DNA from: Squalus acanthias | Lineage: Eukaryota | Assembly: GCA_030390025.1 (NCBI GenBank) | Contig: CM059443.1 | Coordinates: 12,214,001 to 12,278,000 of the forward strand | Length of the DNA stretch: 64,000 bases | Reading direction: 5' to 3' | In this document: piece by piece, positions 51,872 through 64,000 of the stretch | Position numbering within the stretch: position 1 is the first letter of the stretch | Layout of the letters: the number at the start of each line of letters is the position of its first letter | Program-made: the position numbers and the translations under genes | Notes under the pieces: generated by a model | Told to the model about the DNA's origin: nothing | The model's input: the letters and a program-made list of their open reading frames with translations, nothing else | The model's database searches: none

Positions 51872-54800
51872 CAGGTGAATGCGTGGCTGGAGAGATGGTG
51901 CAGGCGGGAGGGCTTTAGATTCCTGAGACATTGGGACCGTTTCTGGGGAAGGTGGGACCTGTACAAGCCGGACGGGTTACACCTCAATGGAGCCGGGACC
52001 AATATTCTCGCGGGGAGGTTTGCTAGTTCTGTTGGGGAGGGTTTAAACTAGCTTGGCAGGGGGATGGGCACCAGCATATAGGAGTAGAAAGGAGGAATAA
52101 GGTGCATAAAAGAGTGAGTGTGTGGGATAGTACTAGAGAAGAAAGTAGTATTAGAGGCAGAAGTAGTATCATATTAGATAGGAGCAGACTAAGAAAGACT
52201 ACGAAAAATTCAAAAATGGGTTTAGAATGCATGTACGTAAACGCACAAAGTGTGGTGAATAAGGTTGGTGAGCTTCAAGCACAATTAGCCATGTGGCAGT
52301 ATGATGTTGTGGCAATAATGGAAACGTGGCTTAAAAGCAGTGAGGACTGGGCACTTAATATTCAAGGGTACAAGGTGTTCAGAAAAGATAGGGAAGGAAA
52401 AAAGGGAGGTGGGGTGGCAGTGCTGATTAAGGAAGACATTGTAGTATTGGAAAGGGAGGATGTTCTTGAGGGAACAAGGACAGAATCCGTTTGGTTAGAG
52501 TTGAGGCATAAAAGGGTATGATCACGCTATTGGGGGTATTCTATAGGCCTCCAAATAGTGAGAGGGAGGTAGAGGAGCAAATCTGCAGGGAAATTGCAGA
52601 GATATGCAAGAGCTATAGAGTGGTGATATTGGGGGACTTTAATTACCCAAACATCGATTGGGATAATGCTAAGGTAAAGGGAAAGGAGGGGGAGGAATTT
52701 CTGAAATGTGTTCAGGAAAATTTCCTTGACCAGTATGTTCTTGGCCCAACTAGAAAGGAGGCATTGCTGGATCTGGTGCTGGGGAATGAGGTGGGCCAGG
52801 TCGACCAAGGGCTCAATTTTCACCGGCCCGTGGAGGCGGGTTTGAAGGCGGGAGTGGTGTGAAAATAGCAGATTCGGGGGTCCCGAACCCATCCCGCCCC
52901 CATACCAGTTTCCCAGGAGGCGGGTACCCGACCTGTGCTGGTACCCGCCTCCCCCAGGCGGGAAGGGGATTAGTGCCAATAAACTGCCTGTTAACAGGCA
53001 GTTTTTTGCCTAATCCCTATTTTTAGCCCTGAAGTGTGGGCTTCCCGACAGGTCCGAACCACGCCGATTTAGCAAGGCGGACCGTCGGTCTGGAGGGCTT
53101 GGAGGGGTCGAGATGTCCGGTGTGCAGGTGAGTGATGGGTGCATGAGTGCAGAGGTAAGTGTGTTTGGTATGTGTAAAGTGTTTTAAGAACTTTTACTTA
53201 CCTTAACTTTGTCCTGCAGGCTGGCTTCCTTAAGGTGTCGGGAGTCCCTCACATCCACGGCACAGAAAGCAGAATGGCCGCGGAGCTGTCAAAAGCTGCA
53301 GTCTCTGCTTTCTGTGCTGGATTGATTTCTAACTGAGTCTAAGTACAGGGACTCAAGTTAGAAATCATATTGTCAGTGTTTGACAGCTTCAGCTTCAAAC
53401 GCTGAAATTTCATCTGTCAAAAAAGCTCTTGACAGATGAAATTTCAATGGCTGACGTCACCTGTATCCAAGGGACCCTTGATTGGCCTGCTAAGCCCGCT
53501 GGGCGGGCTTAACAAGGTCAATCAAGGGAAAATACAGTGGGTTGGCCACAAGTCAATGGAGGTGGGACTGCAACCCAAAAAGTGGGAGTCCCGCCTCCAT
53601 CACGTCCCCATTGACAAAATCCAGCCCCAAGTGTCTGTGGGAGAACACTTGGGTACGAGTGATCATTGTATCATAAGATTTAGATTAGCAATGGAGAGGA
53701 GCAAGGAACAATCTAGCGTGGAACTTCTAAACTGGAATAGGGCTAACTTCAATGGGATGCAAAAGGATCTAGCCAGGGTAAAATGGAACAAAAGACTGAT
53801 AGGAAAAACTGTAACAGAACAATGGGTAATCTTTAAGGAGGAGATGTTCCAAGTACAGACTAGGTACATTCTAACAAGAGGGAAGGGTAAGGGAACCAAA
53901 GCAAGGGCTCCTTGGATGACGAGGTAGATAGAGAAGATGATGAAACAAAAAAAGAGGGTGCATGATGCATGTCAGGTGAATTCTTCAAGGGAGAACCAGA
54001 CCAAATACAATAAGTTGAGAGGGGAAGTGAAGTTGAAAATAAGATTGGCAAAGAGAGAATATGAGAGTAGAATGGCGGTTAACATAAAAGGGAACCCAAA
54101 AATCTTCTACTGGCATGTAAACAGTAAGCGGGTAGTAAGAGGCGGGGTGAAGCCTATTAGAGACAAAGATGGTGATATATGCTTAGAGGCGCAGGGCAAG
54201 GCTAGAATACTCAATGAGTACTTTGTATTGGTGTTTACTAAGGAGGTGGATGCTGACAAAATATTGGTAGAAGTGGAAAAGGTAGAAGCAATGGAAGGGG
54301 TGAAAATTGATAGACAGGATGTACTAGAAAGGCTGGGTATGCTTAGAGTGGATAAGTCGCCTGGTCCAGATTGCTTGTATCCCAGGTTGCTAAGGGAATT
54401 GGGGGAGGAGATAGCGGAAGCGCTTGCCATAATTTTCCAATCTTCCCTAGATGCGGGGGAGGTGCCTGACGATTGGAAAGTGGCAAATGTGACACCATTA
54501 TTCAAGAAAGGGTGTAAGGACAATCCTAGTAACTACAGGCCGGTCAGTTTAACATCAGTGGTGGGTAAAGTTTTAGAAACAATAATCAAGGAAAAAATTA
54601 ACAGGCACTAGGAGAGGTTTAAGCTAATTAAGGAGAGCCAACACGGATTTGTAAAAGGCAGATCGTGTTTGATGAAGTAACAGGGAGGATTGATGAAGGG
54701 AATGCAATGGATGTTGTCTACATGGATTTTAGGAAGACGTTTGACAAAGTACCACATAGAAGGCTGGTTAACAAAATTGAGGCCCATGGAATAGGTGGGT

Positions 54801-55885
54801 CAGTGGCAGCTTGGATAAGGAATTGGCTTAAGGACAGAAAACAGCGAGTTGTGGTAAATGGCTGTTTTTCAGACTGGAGGATGGTCGACAGTGGTGTTCC
54901 CCAAGGGTCAGTGCTGGGGCCACTGCTTTTTTGATATATATAAATGACCTGGATATTGGAATACAGAGTAAAATTTCTAAATTTGCCAATGACACCAAAC
55001 TTGGGGGTGTGGAAAAAAAGTGAGGATGATACCAATCGACTGCAACAGGACATAGAAAGGCTCGCAGAATGGGCAGACAAGTGGCAGAAAGAATTTAATA
55101 CAGTGAAGTGTGAGGTGATGCATTTTGGCAGAAGGAACAGGGAGAGGCAATATACACTTAATGGCACAGCTTTAAAGAGTGTGCATGGACAGAGGGACCT
55201 GGGAGTTAATGTGCATAGATCCCTGAAGGTGGCAGGACATATTGAGAGAGTGGTTAACAAAGCATATGGGATCTTGGGCTTCATAAATAGAGGTATTGAG
55301 TACAAAAGTAGAGAAGTTATGCTGATCCTTTATAAAGCGTGGTTAGGCCAAAACTGGAGTATTGCGTCCAGTTCTGGTCACCACACTTTAGGAAGGATGA
55401 GAAGGCCCTTGAGAGGGTGCAGGGGAGATTTACCAGAATGGTTCCGGGGATGGGGGATCTCAGCTACAAGGACAGGTTGGAGAAGCTGGATTTGTTTTCA
55501 TTAGAGCAAAAGATGATTTGATAGAGGTGTACAAAATTATGACGGGTTTGGATAGGCTAGACGGGGAAAGGCTGTTCCCACTAGTTGATGGTACAAGGAC
55601 TAGGGGACACAGATTTAAGGTTTTGGGCAAGAGATACAGGGGGGATGTGAGGGAAAACTTTTTTACTCAGCGAGTGGTGAGGACCTGGAACTCTTGACCA
55701 ACTGAAGTGGTGGAAGCGGAGACACTCAATGTTTTCAAGGGGAGACTGGATAGGCACTTGAGGGAAATAAACTTGCAGGGCTACGGGGATAGAGCAGGGG
55801 AATGAAACTGACTGGATTGCTCTACAGAGAGCCAGTAGGAACTCGATGGGCCGAATGGCTTCCTTCTGTGCCGTTATGACTCTAT
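51872..55885 (+). mobile_element. Near-full-length CR1 LINE (ORF1 esterase C-terminus plus ORF2 APE-RT), disrupted
   Basis: ORF1 NAWLERWCRREGFRF...PDGLHLN (SGNH-esterase type). ORF2 YVNAQS, ETWL, YRPP, GDFNYP, SDH and RT QGSVLGP. Stops, frameshifts and two MITE insertions. Confidence 0.95.
52809..53627. mobile_element. PIF/Harbinger-type MITE family B, copy 1, inserted in CR1 ORF2
   Basis: TIRs GGGCTCAATTTT / AAAATCCAGCCC and 3-bp TSD CAA. It splits EVGQVDQ|VSVGEHLG. Confidence 0.85.
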
Positions 55886-56779
55886 GGGGTAAAAATTCAC
55901 TTGGTTGCGCCTCCCGTTAGCGCCTTAAGAGGGTGCTAATGGGGCGCAAAGCCGCTAACGCCCGGGCGCAGCGATGTTTGCGCCGCTCGAGAACTTAACT
56001 TGAGATTGTGTGGCGGCGCTAAAACTTACCGCTGCGACCACCTGCGCGCGCAGATTGTGACGTCATTCCATGGTGCAACGCCCTTGTGGCGCCCCGGAGC
56101 GGAAATTGAGTGGCGTCCCCTGCCTTACCGCCTGGCGCTTCCAACGACCAGAAGACTGGAACGCTATCAATCGCTGTGGGGCTGGGGGGGGGCGCTATTT
56201 AAAGGGGGCCTCTTCCTGTCTTTTATTGTTGGTGGCATTTTTGAACTACGCATTCTGAGAGAGAGAGGGAGAGACTTCTGGAGAGATTCAACGTTGTGTG
56301 AAGGAGTTTTGGGTACTGAGCAGCACTTTGCAGGTTCATTTTGATTTGCCATTCCTTGTATCGATTTAGCAGAGACTGTGGGAGCTGCACTCTGAGCTCT
56401 TTGCCTGGTACGCTCCATTGTTCTTTCCAGCACATTTGATGTGCAAGTCTCTCCAGGCCGAGATTCAAGGCAGCAATGAACAGGATGTGGATGGAAAGCA
56501 AGATTAACCATCCCCTTTAAGAACTGGCCCGTGCCATTGTGTGTGTGTTCCATTGCTGACTGACATTACATGAGCTTCGCCAGCGCTCCGAGTTAGCGCC
56601 TCACTGCTCGGCCTTTGCGCCTTAAGAGAGGTGTGCAGCGCCTGCTTTAGCGCTCCACTCACCTCCCGGGGCGGTAAAAGTGAAGTTTCCTGTCAGTACC
56701 GATAATTAGCGCCAGGCGCTAATATTTGCGTCCGGACGATATTTGCGCCCCAAATGGGGCGCGACCTAATTTCTACCCC
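55886..56779. mobile_element. PIF/Harbinger-type MITE family A, copy 2
   Basis: TIRs GGGGTAAAAATT / AATTTCTACCCC and TSD TAT (55883-55885, 56780-56782). Confidence 0.82.
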
Positions 56780-58464
56780 TATGACTCTATAACTTCCCAA
56801 AGCACTTTACAGCCAATGAAGAGCTTTTGAAATGTAGTCACTGTTGTAATGTAGGAAACGCGGCAGCCAATTTGCGCACAGCAAGGTCCCACAAACGGGC
56901 ATGTGATATTGACCAGATCATCGGTTTTTAGGTGCTGATTGAGAGATTAATATTGGCCGGGACACCAGGGAGAACTCCACTGCTCTTCTTTGAAATAGTG
57001 CCGTGGGATCTATTACGTCCACCTGAGAGAGCAGACGGGGCCTCGGTTTAACGTCTCATCTGCAAGATGGCACCTCAGACAGCACAGCACTCCCTCAGCT
57101 CTGCACTGGAATGTCAGCCTGGATTATGTGCTCACGTCTCTGGAGTGGGACATGGATAGTAAGCGGTGGGAGGCAACTCAACCATGGAAGCACAACATCC
57201 GAGCCTGATCCAGTACTCGCCTTATGTTCAAATTGCTTCATACATACAGTAACAGTGTCCCTTGCCAGCAGGAGTCACTAAGGAGCATCTTGAAGGAGGA
57301 GAGAGAGTTGGAGAGGCTTAGGGAAGGAATTCCGGAGCTTAGGGCCCAAACAGCTGAAGGCACGGCCGCCAACGGTGGGGTAAAGGAAGTGGGGATGTAC
57401 AAGAGGCCAGAGTTGGAAGAACGCAGAGTTCTCAGAGGGTTGTAGGGCTGGAGGAGGTTACAGAAAAAGGGACAGGCGAGGCCATGGAGCGATTTGATGA
57501 TGAGAATTTAAAAATGAGCTGTTCAGGGACTGGGAGCCAATGTAGGTCAGTGAGAACAGGGGTGATGGGTGAGCGGGATTTGGTATGGGTTAGGTTACGG
57601 GCAGCAGAGTTTTGGATGAGCTTAAGTTTATAGAGGGTGGAGAATGAGAGAGTATTGGAACAGTCGAGTAGATATAAAAGTAATGGAAAAGATGCAGCAT
57701 GGGTTCACTAGGATGTTACTGGGGTTGAGGGGTTACAGTTATGAAAAGAGACATGAGATGGTAGGGCTTTTTTCACTGGAGCTGAGAAGGTTAAGTGGTG
57801 CTAGAGTACAGGAAGGGGGGAAAAGAACAGCCACTCCTGATCGGTATTTAGTGCACCTGTTAGAATGGACAACCATGTACAGAACAGGTACAAGGTGGGT
57901 TGTCCACACCCCTGGGGTCCACCTGCCTATCTACCGCCGCATTCACGGGTCACGGCAATCCTTTGCCAGATTTTCCATGCTTCTCTCCCCCTCTACTATT
58001 CTGCTGTCACCATTTACACATCCTCTGGACCTGTCTTTTGTTTCTATACTTGTCCCATTATTACCTCCTTGCACCATCATCCCTTTTGTCATTTAGTCAC
58101 TCTGCCCTCCACCCTGTCACAGACCTTTCCTGTTTGTTCTTTCCCTGCCCCCCTTTTCCCTGGCTCTTCACTTATCTAAAAGCTGTTCCTCTCTAACATC
58201 TTCCAGTTCTGACCAAGGGTCATCGACCTGAAACGTTAATTCTGTTCTCTCTCTCCACAGATGCTGCCTCACCTGCTGAGCGTTGCCAGCACTTTCTGTT
58301 TTTATTTCAGATTTCCAGCATCCACAGTATGTTGCTTTTATTTCAGGTACGGTAGTGTAGTGTTACTGGATTAGTAATACAGAACGCCTACACTAATAAT
58401 CCAGAGAACGTGAGCTCAAATCCCACCATGGCAGTTCGAGAATTTGAATTCAGTTTAAAAAAAA

Positions 58465-58820
58465 ATCATAGAACATTACAGCACAGAAGGAGGAGGCCAT
58501 TCGGCCCATCGAGCCTGTGCCAGCTCTTTGAAAGAGCGATCCAATTAATCCCACTCCCCTGCTCTTTCTCCATAGCCCTGCAAATTTTTCCTTTTCAAGT
58601 ATTTATCCAATTCCCTTTTGAAAGTTACTATTGAATCTGCTTCCACCGCCCTTTCAGGCAGCGCATTCCAGATCACAACAACTCGCTGCGTAAACAAAAA
58701 CTCCTCATTTCCCCTCTGGTTCTTTTGCCAATTATCTTGAATCTGTGTCCTCTGGTTACCGACCCTTCTGCCACTGGAAACAGTTTCTTCCTTACTTACT
58801 CTATCAAAACCCTTCATGGA
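58465..58820 (-). mobile_element. CR1 3' end fragment
   Basis: ORF 58545-58829 FTQRVVVIWNALPERAVEADS. Confidence 0.8.
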
Positions 58821-58899
58821 ATGTTTCAAATAAGCAGCATTGTCTTTGTTTAAATGTCACAAATGTGATTGCGACAACTCTTGCAAACATAAAAGCAAA

Positions 58900-59734
58900 G
58901 GGCTGGATTTTGTCAATGGAGACGCGTTGGGGGCGGGACTGCTGGTTGTCGGGTTTCAGTCCCGCCCCCAATGACGTCTGGCCAACCCACGCTATTTTCC
59001 CTTGATTGACCTTGTTAAGCCTGCCCTGCGGGCTTACTGGCCAATTAAGGGAAAGCCGGTGACAGAGGACGTCAGCATATGACGTTTCATCTGTCGAAAA
59101 TTTTTTGACAAATGAATTGTCAGCGTTTGACAGCTTTGAGAAGCTGTCAAACACTGACAATCTCTGTTCTAAGGTGAGCCCTTGCACTGAAGGTTCACCA
59201 AAACCTCTTCCCTCAGCAGCAATCAGATGGCTGCTGCATCTGAGAATGCAGCAGCCATTCTGTCATCTCTGCCGTTGAGATGAGGCACCTCTGGATCCCC
59301 AAGGGTTGAAGCCTGCAGGAAGAAGCAAAGGTAAGGAAACTTTTCCAACACTTTACACTCACCTCTCATACTTACCTCTCCACACTTGCACCCATCACTC
59401 ACCTCTACAGCGGACTTTTCGACCCCTCTCACCCCCGCAGACCCACTGCTCGTCTCGCTGACCCTGGTGAGGTTCGCAGCCGTCGGGAAGGCCCGCACTT
59501 GCAGGGGTAAAATGGGGATAAGCCTCAAAACTGCCTGTTGACAGGCAGTTAATTGGCTGTAATCCCCTTCCCGCCTCGAGGAGACGGGTCCCTGCGCGAC
59601 TCGGGGACCCGCCTCCCGGGAAGATGGCACAGAGGCGGGTTGGGAGCGGGGTTGGTACCCGCTCCCAGTTTCTGCCATTTTCCCGGCAGTCCCGCCTCTA
59701 TACCCGTCTCCCCAGGGCTGGGAAAATTCCCCCC
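58900..59734. mobile_element. PIF/Harbinger-type MITE family B, copy 2 (opposite orientation)
   Basis: Starts GGGCTGGATTTTGTCAATGG, the reverse complement of the copy-1 right end. Ends GAAAATTCCCCCC. TSD AAA. Confidence 0.75.
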
Positions 59735-59789
59735 AAAATCTCACCACTTGTGTGATACATTTTCCAAACACAGTTGATGGAGGTCCCTA

Positions 59790-59984
59790 AACCAGGGATA
59801 ATGGGCCATCAGATCTGAGCGGAGAAGGAGCCCAATAGTTTACCGTAGCATCTTATAATGATTTAAGCCGTTTAGCTCGATGTCTACCAATTACACCCAA
59901 GGCTTATCTGTCCTTCAGGCGCACTCTGCTCCAGCCAACAACAGCCTGCCTTCCCTCCCCGTAATTAGACCCGTTTCTGCCAAA
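59790..59984 (+). promoter_or_regulatory. Putative complexin proximal promoter/5'UTR with homeodomain sites
   Basis: CCAAT at 59832, TATAAT at 59854, TAAGCC at 59864, GGCTTA at 59901 (K50/CRX-OTX-type) and TAATTA at 59962. Confidence 0.35.
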
Positions 59985-60160
59985 ATGGCATTCTTGCTCA
60001 AATCCATGATCAGTGGAAAAATTAAAGATCTGGGAGGAGGAGGAGGAGGAGGAGAAGAAGAGGAAAAGTCGGAGGAAGGAGACGGAAAGCCGACCCCAAA
60101 AAGCACAGGAATGACCAGGGACGAGTTTGAGGAATACCAACGGCAGCTGTTGGAGGAAAA
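59985..60160 (+). CDS. Complexin-3/4 family gene (CPLX4-like), first coding exon; later exons not found in window
   Basis: Kozak-like aaaATGG. Translates MAFLLKSMISGKIKDLGGGGGGGEEEEKSEEGDGKPTPKSTGMTRDEFEEYQRQLLEE(K), cf. CPLX4 MAFLMKSMIS...GMTREEYEEYQKQMIEEK. Phase-2 GTGAGT donor at 60161. Confidence 0.92.
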
Positions 60161-60679
60161 GTGAGTGCTACAACAGAGTAAAGGGATTGAAAGGGAAAGA
60201 GACTGTGGGAACTAAAGGGGCAGTTTTAAAGATAAACACGAGTTAGGATTATTTTTTAAAAAGTAAATAGGTGTACACAAACGAAGCAGTATCAAAAATG
60301 AACACCGTGTATGTTTAAGTGAAATTCTAAACTTTAGGCCAATTCACAAACTCTGAGGGGCAGTGGGCACATATTGTCATTAACTATTCATAACAAGAGA
60401 AATGCAGTTTGGAAATACAGCACACAGCACTGTCTAAATCACTCCTTCGATTCTGTTAACGGGAAAGAAAGTTGTTTGCTTAGAATTTACAAACAGTGGC
60501 AGAATTTAAGTTGGAACTGAGAAACCATTCAGTTGTAGATATCACAGCCCGAGCTCAGAGTGCACAGCAATACTTAATATGAGTCTTAATAGGCATTTTG
60601 GCCCATGCTCTTTGAAAAGCCTTGTCAAGCACTCACCCTTTTCATGACTTGGCGTATTCATTCCAAGGAGTGAAATAAT

Positions 60680-61060
60680 GCAAAGTGGTAAATGCACTGG
60701 TGTGGTGCCGAGCCATACAGACAAGGATGGTCTCGGGTTCGAGCCCCAATCTCTGCCCAGTGAGCAGATCTCAGCCGATCCTACCATTGACCTGTGTGTC
60801 CCTGGGCCGAGGAGGGGAGAGAATCAGCCAGGGTTCCCGCTTCTGATCACTGTCTATTGACCCCTGCTGGAAAGTTCACGTCTGTGGACGTCAGGCGAGA
60901 CAGGATCATGTTCAGCCATGATTGCCCCCCATGGCTGAATAGCCCGATGACACTCAATACTCGGTCACTTGGGTGAGGTACTGGAGGGTAATTGGCACCT
61001 TGTGACCCGTACGTCAGCAAGTGTCAGAGCCTCCGAGGAGTGGGTGGGGAGGAGAAATCT
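60680..61060 (+). mobile_element. Old tRNA-derived SINE-like dispersed repeat (family unassigned)
   Basis: B-box-like ggttcgagccc and body gacccctgctggaaag...ggtcacttgggtgaggtac. More than 10 diverged copies in the window, e.g. 6250-6780, 7300-7630, 16560-16920, 20590-20900, 29500-29850. Confidence 0.55.
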
Positions 61061-62679
61061 TTCAGGGTAATAACTGTGCTAGTGCTAGTGTAAATTAATT
61101 AGTACGAATCCTTGACTGCATAATTTCTGCTAAAAATGCCCATTTTTGATAGTTCTAGCATTATATTCATTTTCTTATTATACTATCAAATGTGAAATCT
61201 TAAATTAGGCCCTGTATTTGTTTTTAAATTTCTTTCCATGTAACCCCACTCTGTATTTCAGCTTTACATTGAAAGCGTTCCGAGAAACCATTTCTTCTTT
61301 GTTTTTCCCCCCTTTCTCGAATCTCTCTAATTTATCGATATTACTATGGCCAGTGATCCTCTGAACTTTCTTCTATTATTCCTCCTAAGCTCCAGATACC
61401 CCGTCTACACAGTCTTCCTCCTCACTGTGTCTCCTACTCTAACTCATTATTTCCCAGGCCCTTGCAACTGCAGAACTCCTCAGCTCCCTCTGTCTTCCCC
61501 TCCCTTCCCTTCCTCCGACAGTTTACAGGCTTTTAAGCCTCATCTTCCCTCATCCCCTTTGCACCCTCGGCGGGTCCTTCGCCTGGGGTTGCTCAATATA
61601 AGGAAACCCATTGTCTGGCAGCTGTAACAGAAACCTGACAGCCCTGTTCACCTTAACAGGTACACAATTACAGTGTCTAAGCCTTTGTATATTTGAATTG
61701 CCTGAAGTGACTGGCTGCTGTGAGGGGACACACTGCATTTGAGTCATGACATAGTTTATGTCAGGTCATGCTGGCTCTCCCTCATTTTCAGTTAACGGAG
61801 ATCTGTGCTTACAGTCGAGGGATAACTTTGCCTTGGGCAGACTATTTGACTATGGGAGGTGCCGCAGCCAAACCCGACCTTGTCTTCACTCAACATCCGC
61901 ACACAGGCAGCTGCCATCAGGAGTCACTGGATAGTTGTGGGTTCAAGTCCCACTCCAGAGACCTGAGCACCAAATCTAGGCTGACACTCCAGTGCAGTAC
62001 TGAGGGAGTGCTGCATTACAGGATGCAATGTTCCCTGTAATTTTTTTTGGGTGCGCGGCCTCTTTAAGGGGCTGATTGGCCCATTCAAACTTCCGCGCGC
62101 ATGCAACTTTTCCATTGAGAAACCTGTAAGCGACCTGCGCGGGAACTTCAGACAGTCGCACAACTAAACGGGAACTTCGGTAATAGGTGCCGTCTTTCGG
62201 ATGAGGCACTGAACATCTCAGGTGGACGTAAAAGATTCCACAGCACTATTTCAAAGAAGAGCAGGGGAGTTATCCCCGAGGGTGTCCTGGCCAACATTTA
62301 TCCCTCAACCAACATCACTGAAACAGATTGCCTGATCATTACCACATTGCTGTTTGTGGGATCTTACTGTGCACAAATTGGCTGCCCCGTTTCCTATATT
62401 ACAACAGTGATAACACTGCAAAAGTACTTCAATGGCTGTGAAGTGCTTTGGGACGTCCTGAGGTCATGAAAAGCAGTGGGTTTTTCCATTCACACAGTCA
62501 GTGCCATTCTACATCAGCAAGTTTTTCTTTATATAGCGATGAGGAGTGGGAATCCTGAATCGTTATCCTCACCGGTTGTACTGCCTCCTCCACCATCGCA
62601 GCTGAGACCAGCCAACTCCGCACAGAGCAGAAATCAAACCTGGGTCCTCCTGGTCCGTGTGGGTGAGGCGGTGCTGAGC

Positions 62680-63752
62680 TCATAGAATCATAGACTGGTA
62701 CTGTACAGAAGGAGGCCATTCGGCCCATCGAGTGCGCCGGCTCTTTCGAAGAGCAGTCCAGTTAGTCTCACTCCCCCCACTCTTTCCCCAGATCCGTGAA
62801 ATTTTGTCTCCTTCAAATATTTATCCAATTCCCTTTTGAAGGCTACTATTGAATCTGTGCACTCCAAATCCTAACCACTCGTTGCGTAAAAAAGTTTTTC
62901 CTCATGTCGCTCTGGTTCTTTTGCCAATCAACTTAAATCTGTGCCCTCTGGTTATCGACCCTTCAGCCACTGGAAACAGTTTCTCTTTATTTACTCTAAC
63001 AAATCTCCCCTTAGCCTTCTCTGCTCTAAGGAGAACAACCCCAACTTCTCCAGTCTATCCACGTAACCTCATCCCTGGAACCATTCTAGTATCTGTTCAA
63101 AGTTTTGTCTTTTATCCTCTTACTTTGTCAGCTTAAACATCCTGGCTCCAGTTTGTTCTCCATCAGCCAAAAGGGTAGTGGCAGAGGCAAAGGGAGGCAG
63201 TCAAGATATTTGTTTTGGGTTAAGGTCACCACATTACAGGAAAGATGTGATTGCACGAGAGAGGGTACAGAGGAGCTTTACAAGGATGTTGCCGGGAGTA
63301 GAGAATCTTAGCTATGAGGAAAGACTGGATAGGCTGGGTTTGTTTTCCTTGGAACAGAGGGAGGCTGAGGGGAGACCTTATTGAGGTGTATAAAATTATG
63401 AGGGGCCTAGATAAAGTGGATAGAAAGGACCTATTTCCCTTAGCAGAGGGGTCAAAAACCAAGGGGCACAGATTTAAAGTAATTGGTGGAAGGTTTAGAG
63501 GGGATTTGAGGGGAAATGTCTTCACCCAGAGGGTTGTGGGTGTCTGGAACTCACTGTCTGAAAGGGTGGTAGAGGCAGAACCCTAACCACATTTAAAAAG
63601 TACTTGGATGTCCACTTGGAATGCTGTAACCTGCAGGACTACAGACCAAGAGCTGGGAAGTGGGATCAGGCTGGATAGCTCTTTGTCGGCCGGCGCGGAC
63701 ACGATGGGCCGAAATGGCCTCCTTCCGTGCTGTAACTTTCTATGATTCTATA
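62680..63752. mobile_element. Two CR1 3' fragments, one on each strand (62680-63090 minus; 63225-63752 plus)
   Basis: RLDRLGLFSLEQ and LRGDLIEVYKIMRG peptides, ttctatgattcta tails. Confidence 0.85.
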
Positions 63753-64000
63753 AGGAGTAGGGAGCAGGATCATAGCTAGCACTGAGGCCTGACCGGTCAC
63801 TGTTCCTCCACCTTTACTGGAATGTGAGGCAACTGTGATGGGGGTAAAACTGGCAAATCATTCCCACAATGCAATGCAGTACAGGTGACGTCTGCAAAGC
63901 GTGCGCTCTGCATTATGGGAAAATTATCCTGGTATGTGAGCTGGGTTAATGCTGCCTACTGATAGTGTCCACACATGCTGGCAAGTACTTAGCTCAAGCA

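Noticed and set aside
59880-59984. Upstream in-frame ATG extending the complexin N-terminus by 35 aa
   Set aside because: Family members start at MAF, the Kozak context is better at 59985, and the extension has no similarity that I recognise.

Overview
Vertebrate genomic DNA, almost certainly an elasmobranch (shark/ray), judged from an HE1-type V-SINE, DeuSINE/SacSINE-like repeats and shark-type CR1 and Penelope families. The first 37 kb hold 11 coding exons of a CSK-family tyrosine kinase best matching MATK/CHK (+ strand, SH3-SH2-kinase, 444 codons plus stop). Its start exon was not found and probably lies upstream of the window. At 59985 the first coding exon of a complexin-3/4-type gene begins on the same strand, and its later exons were not found. 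The rest is dense in repeats: CR1 and L2 LINE fragments, one near-full CR1, SINEs, Penelope-like fragments carrying minimal hammerhead ribozymes, Harbinger- and hAT-type MITEs, and eight tandem-repeat arrays. Most ORF-track entries are spurious. The most notable observations are: (1) a ~890-bp MITE inserted twice at the identical nucleotide of the 3' tail of one CR1 subfamily, in opposite orientations; (2) near-perfect palindromic Penelope insertions with intact-looking hammerhead ribozymes and a visible fold-back origin; (3) a MATK-linked complexin that is probably an ohnolog lost in mammals; (4) minisatellites expanded out of segments of one old SINE family. All calls come from reading the sequence, and no searches were run.
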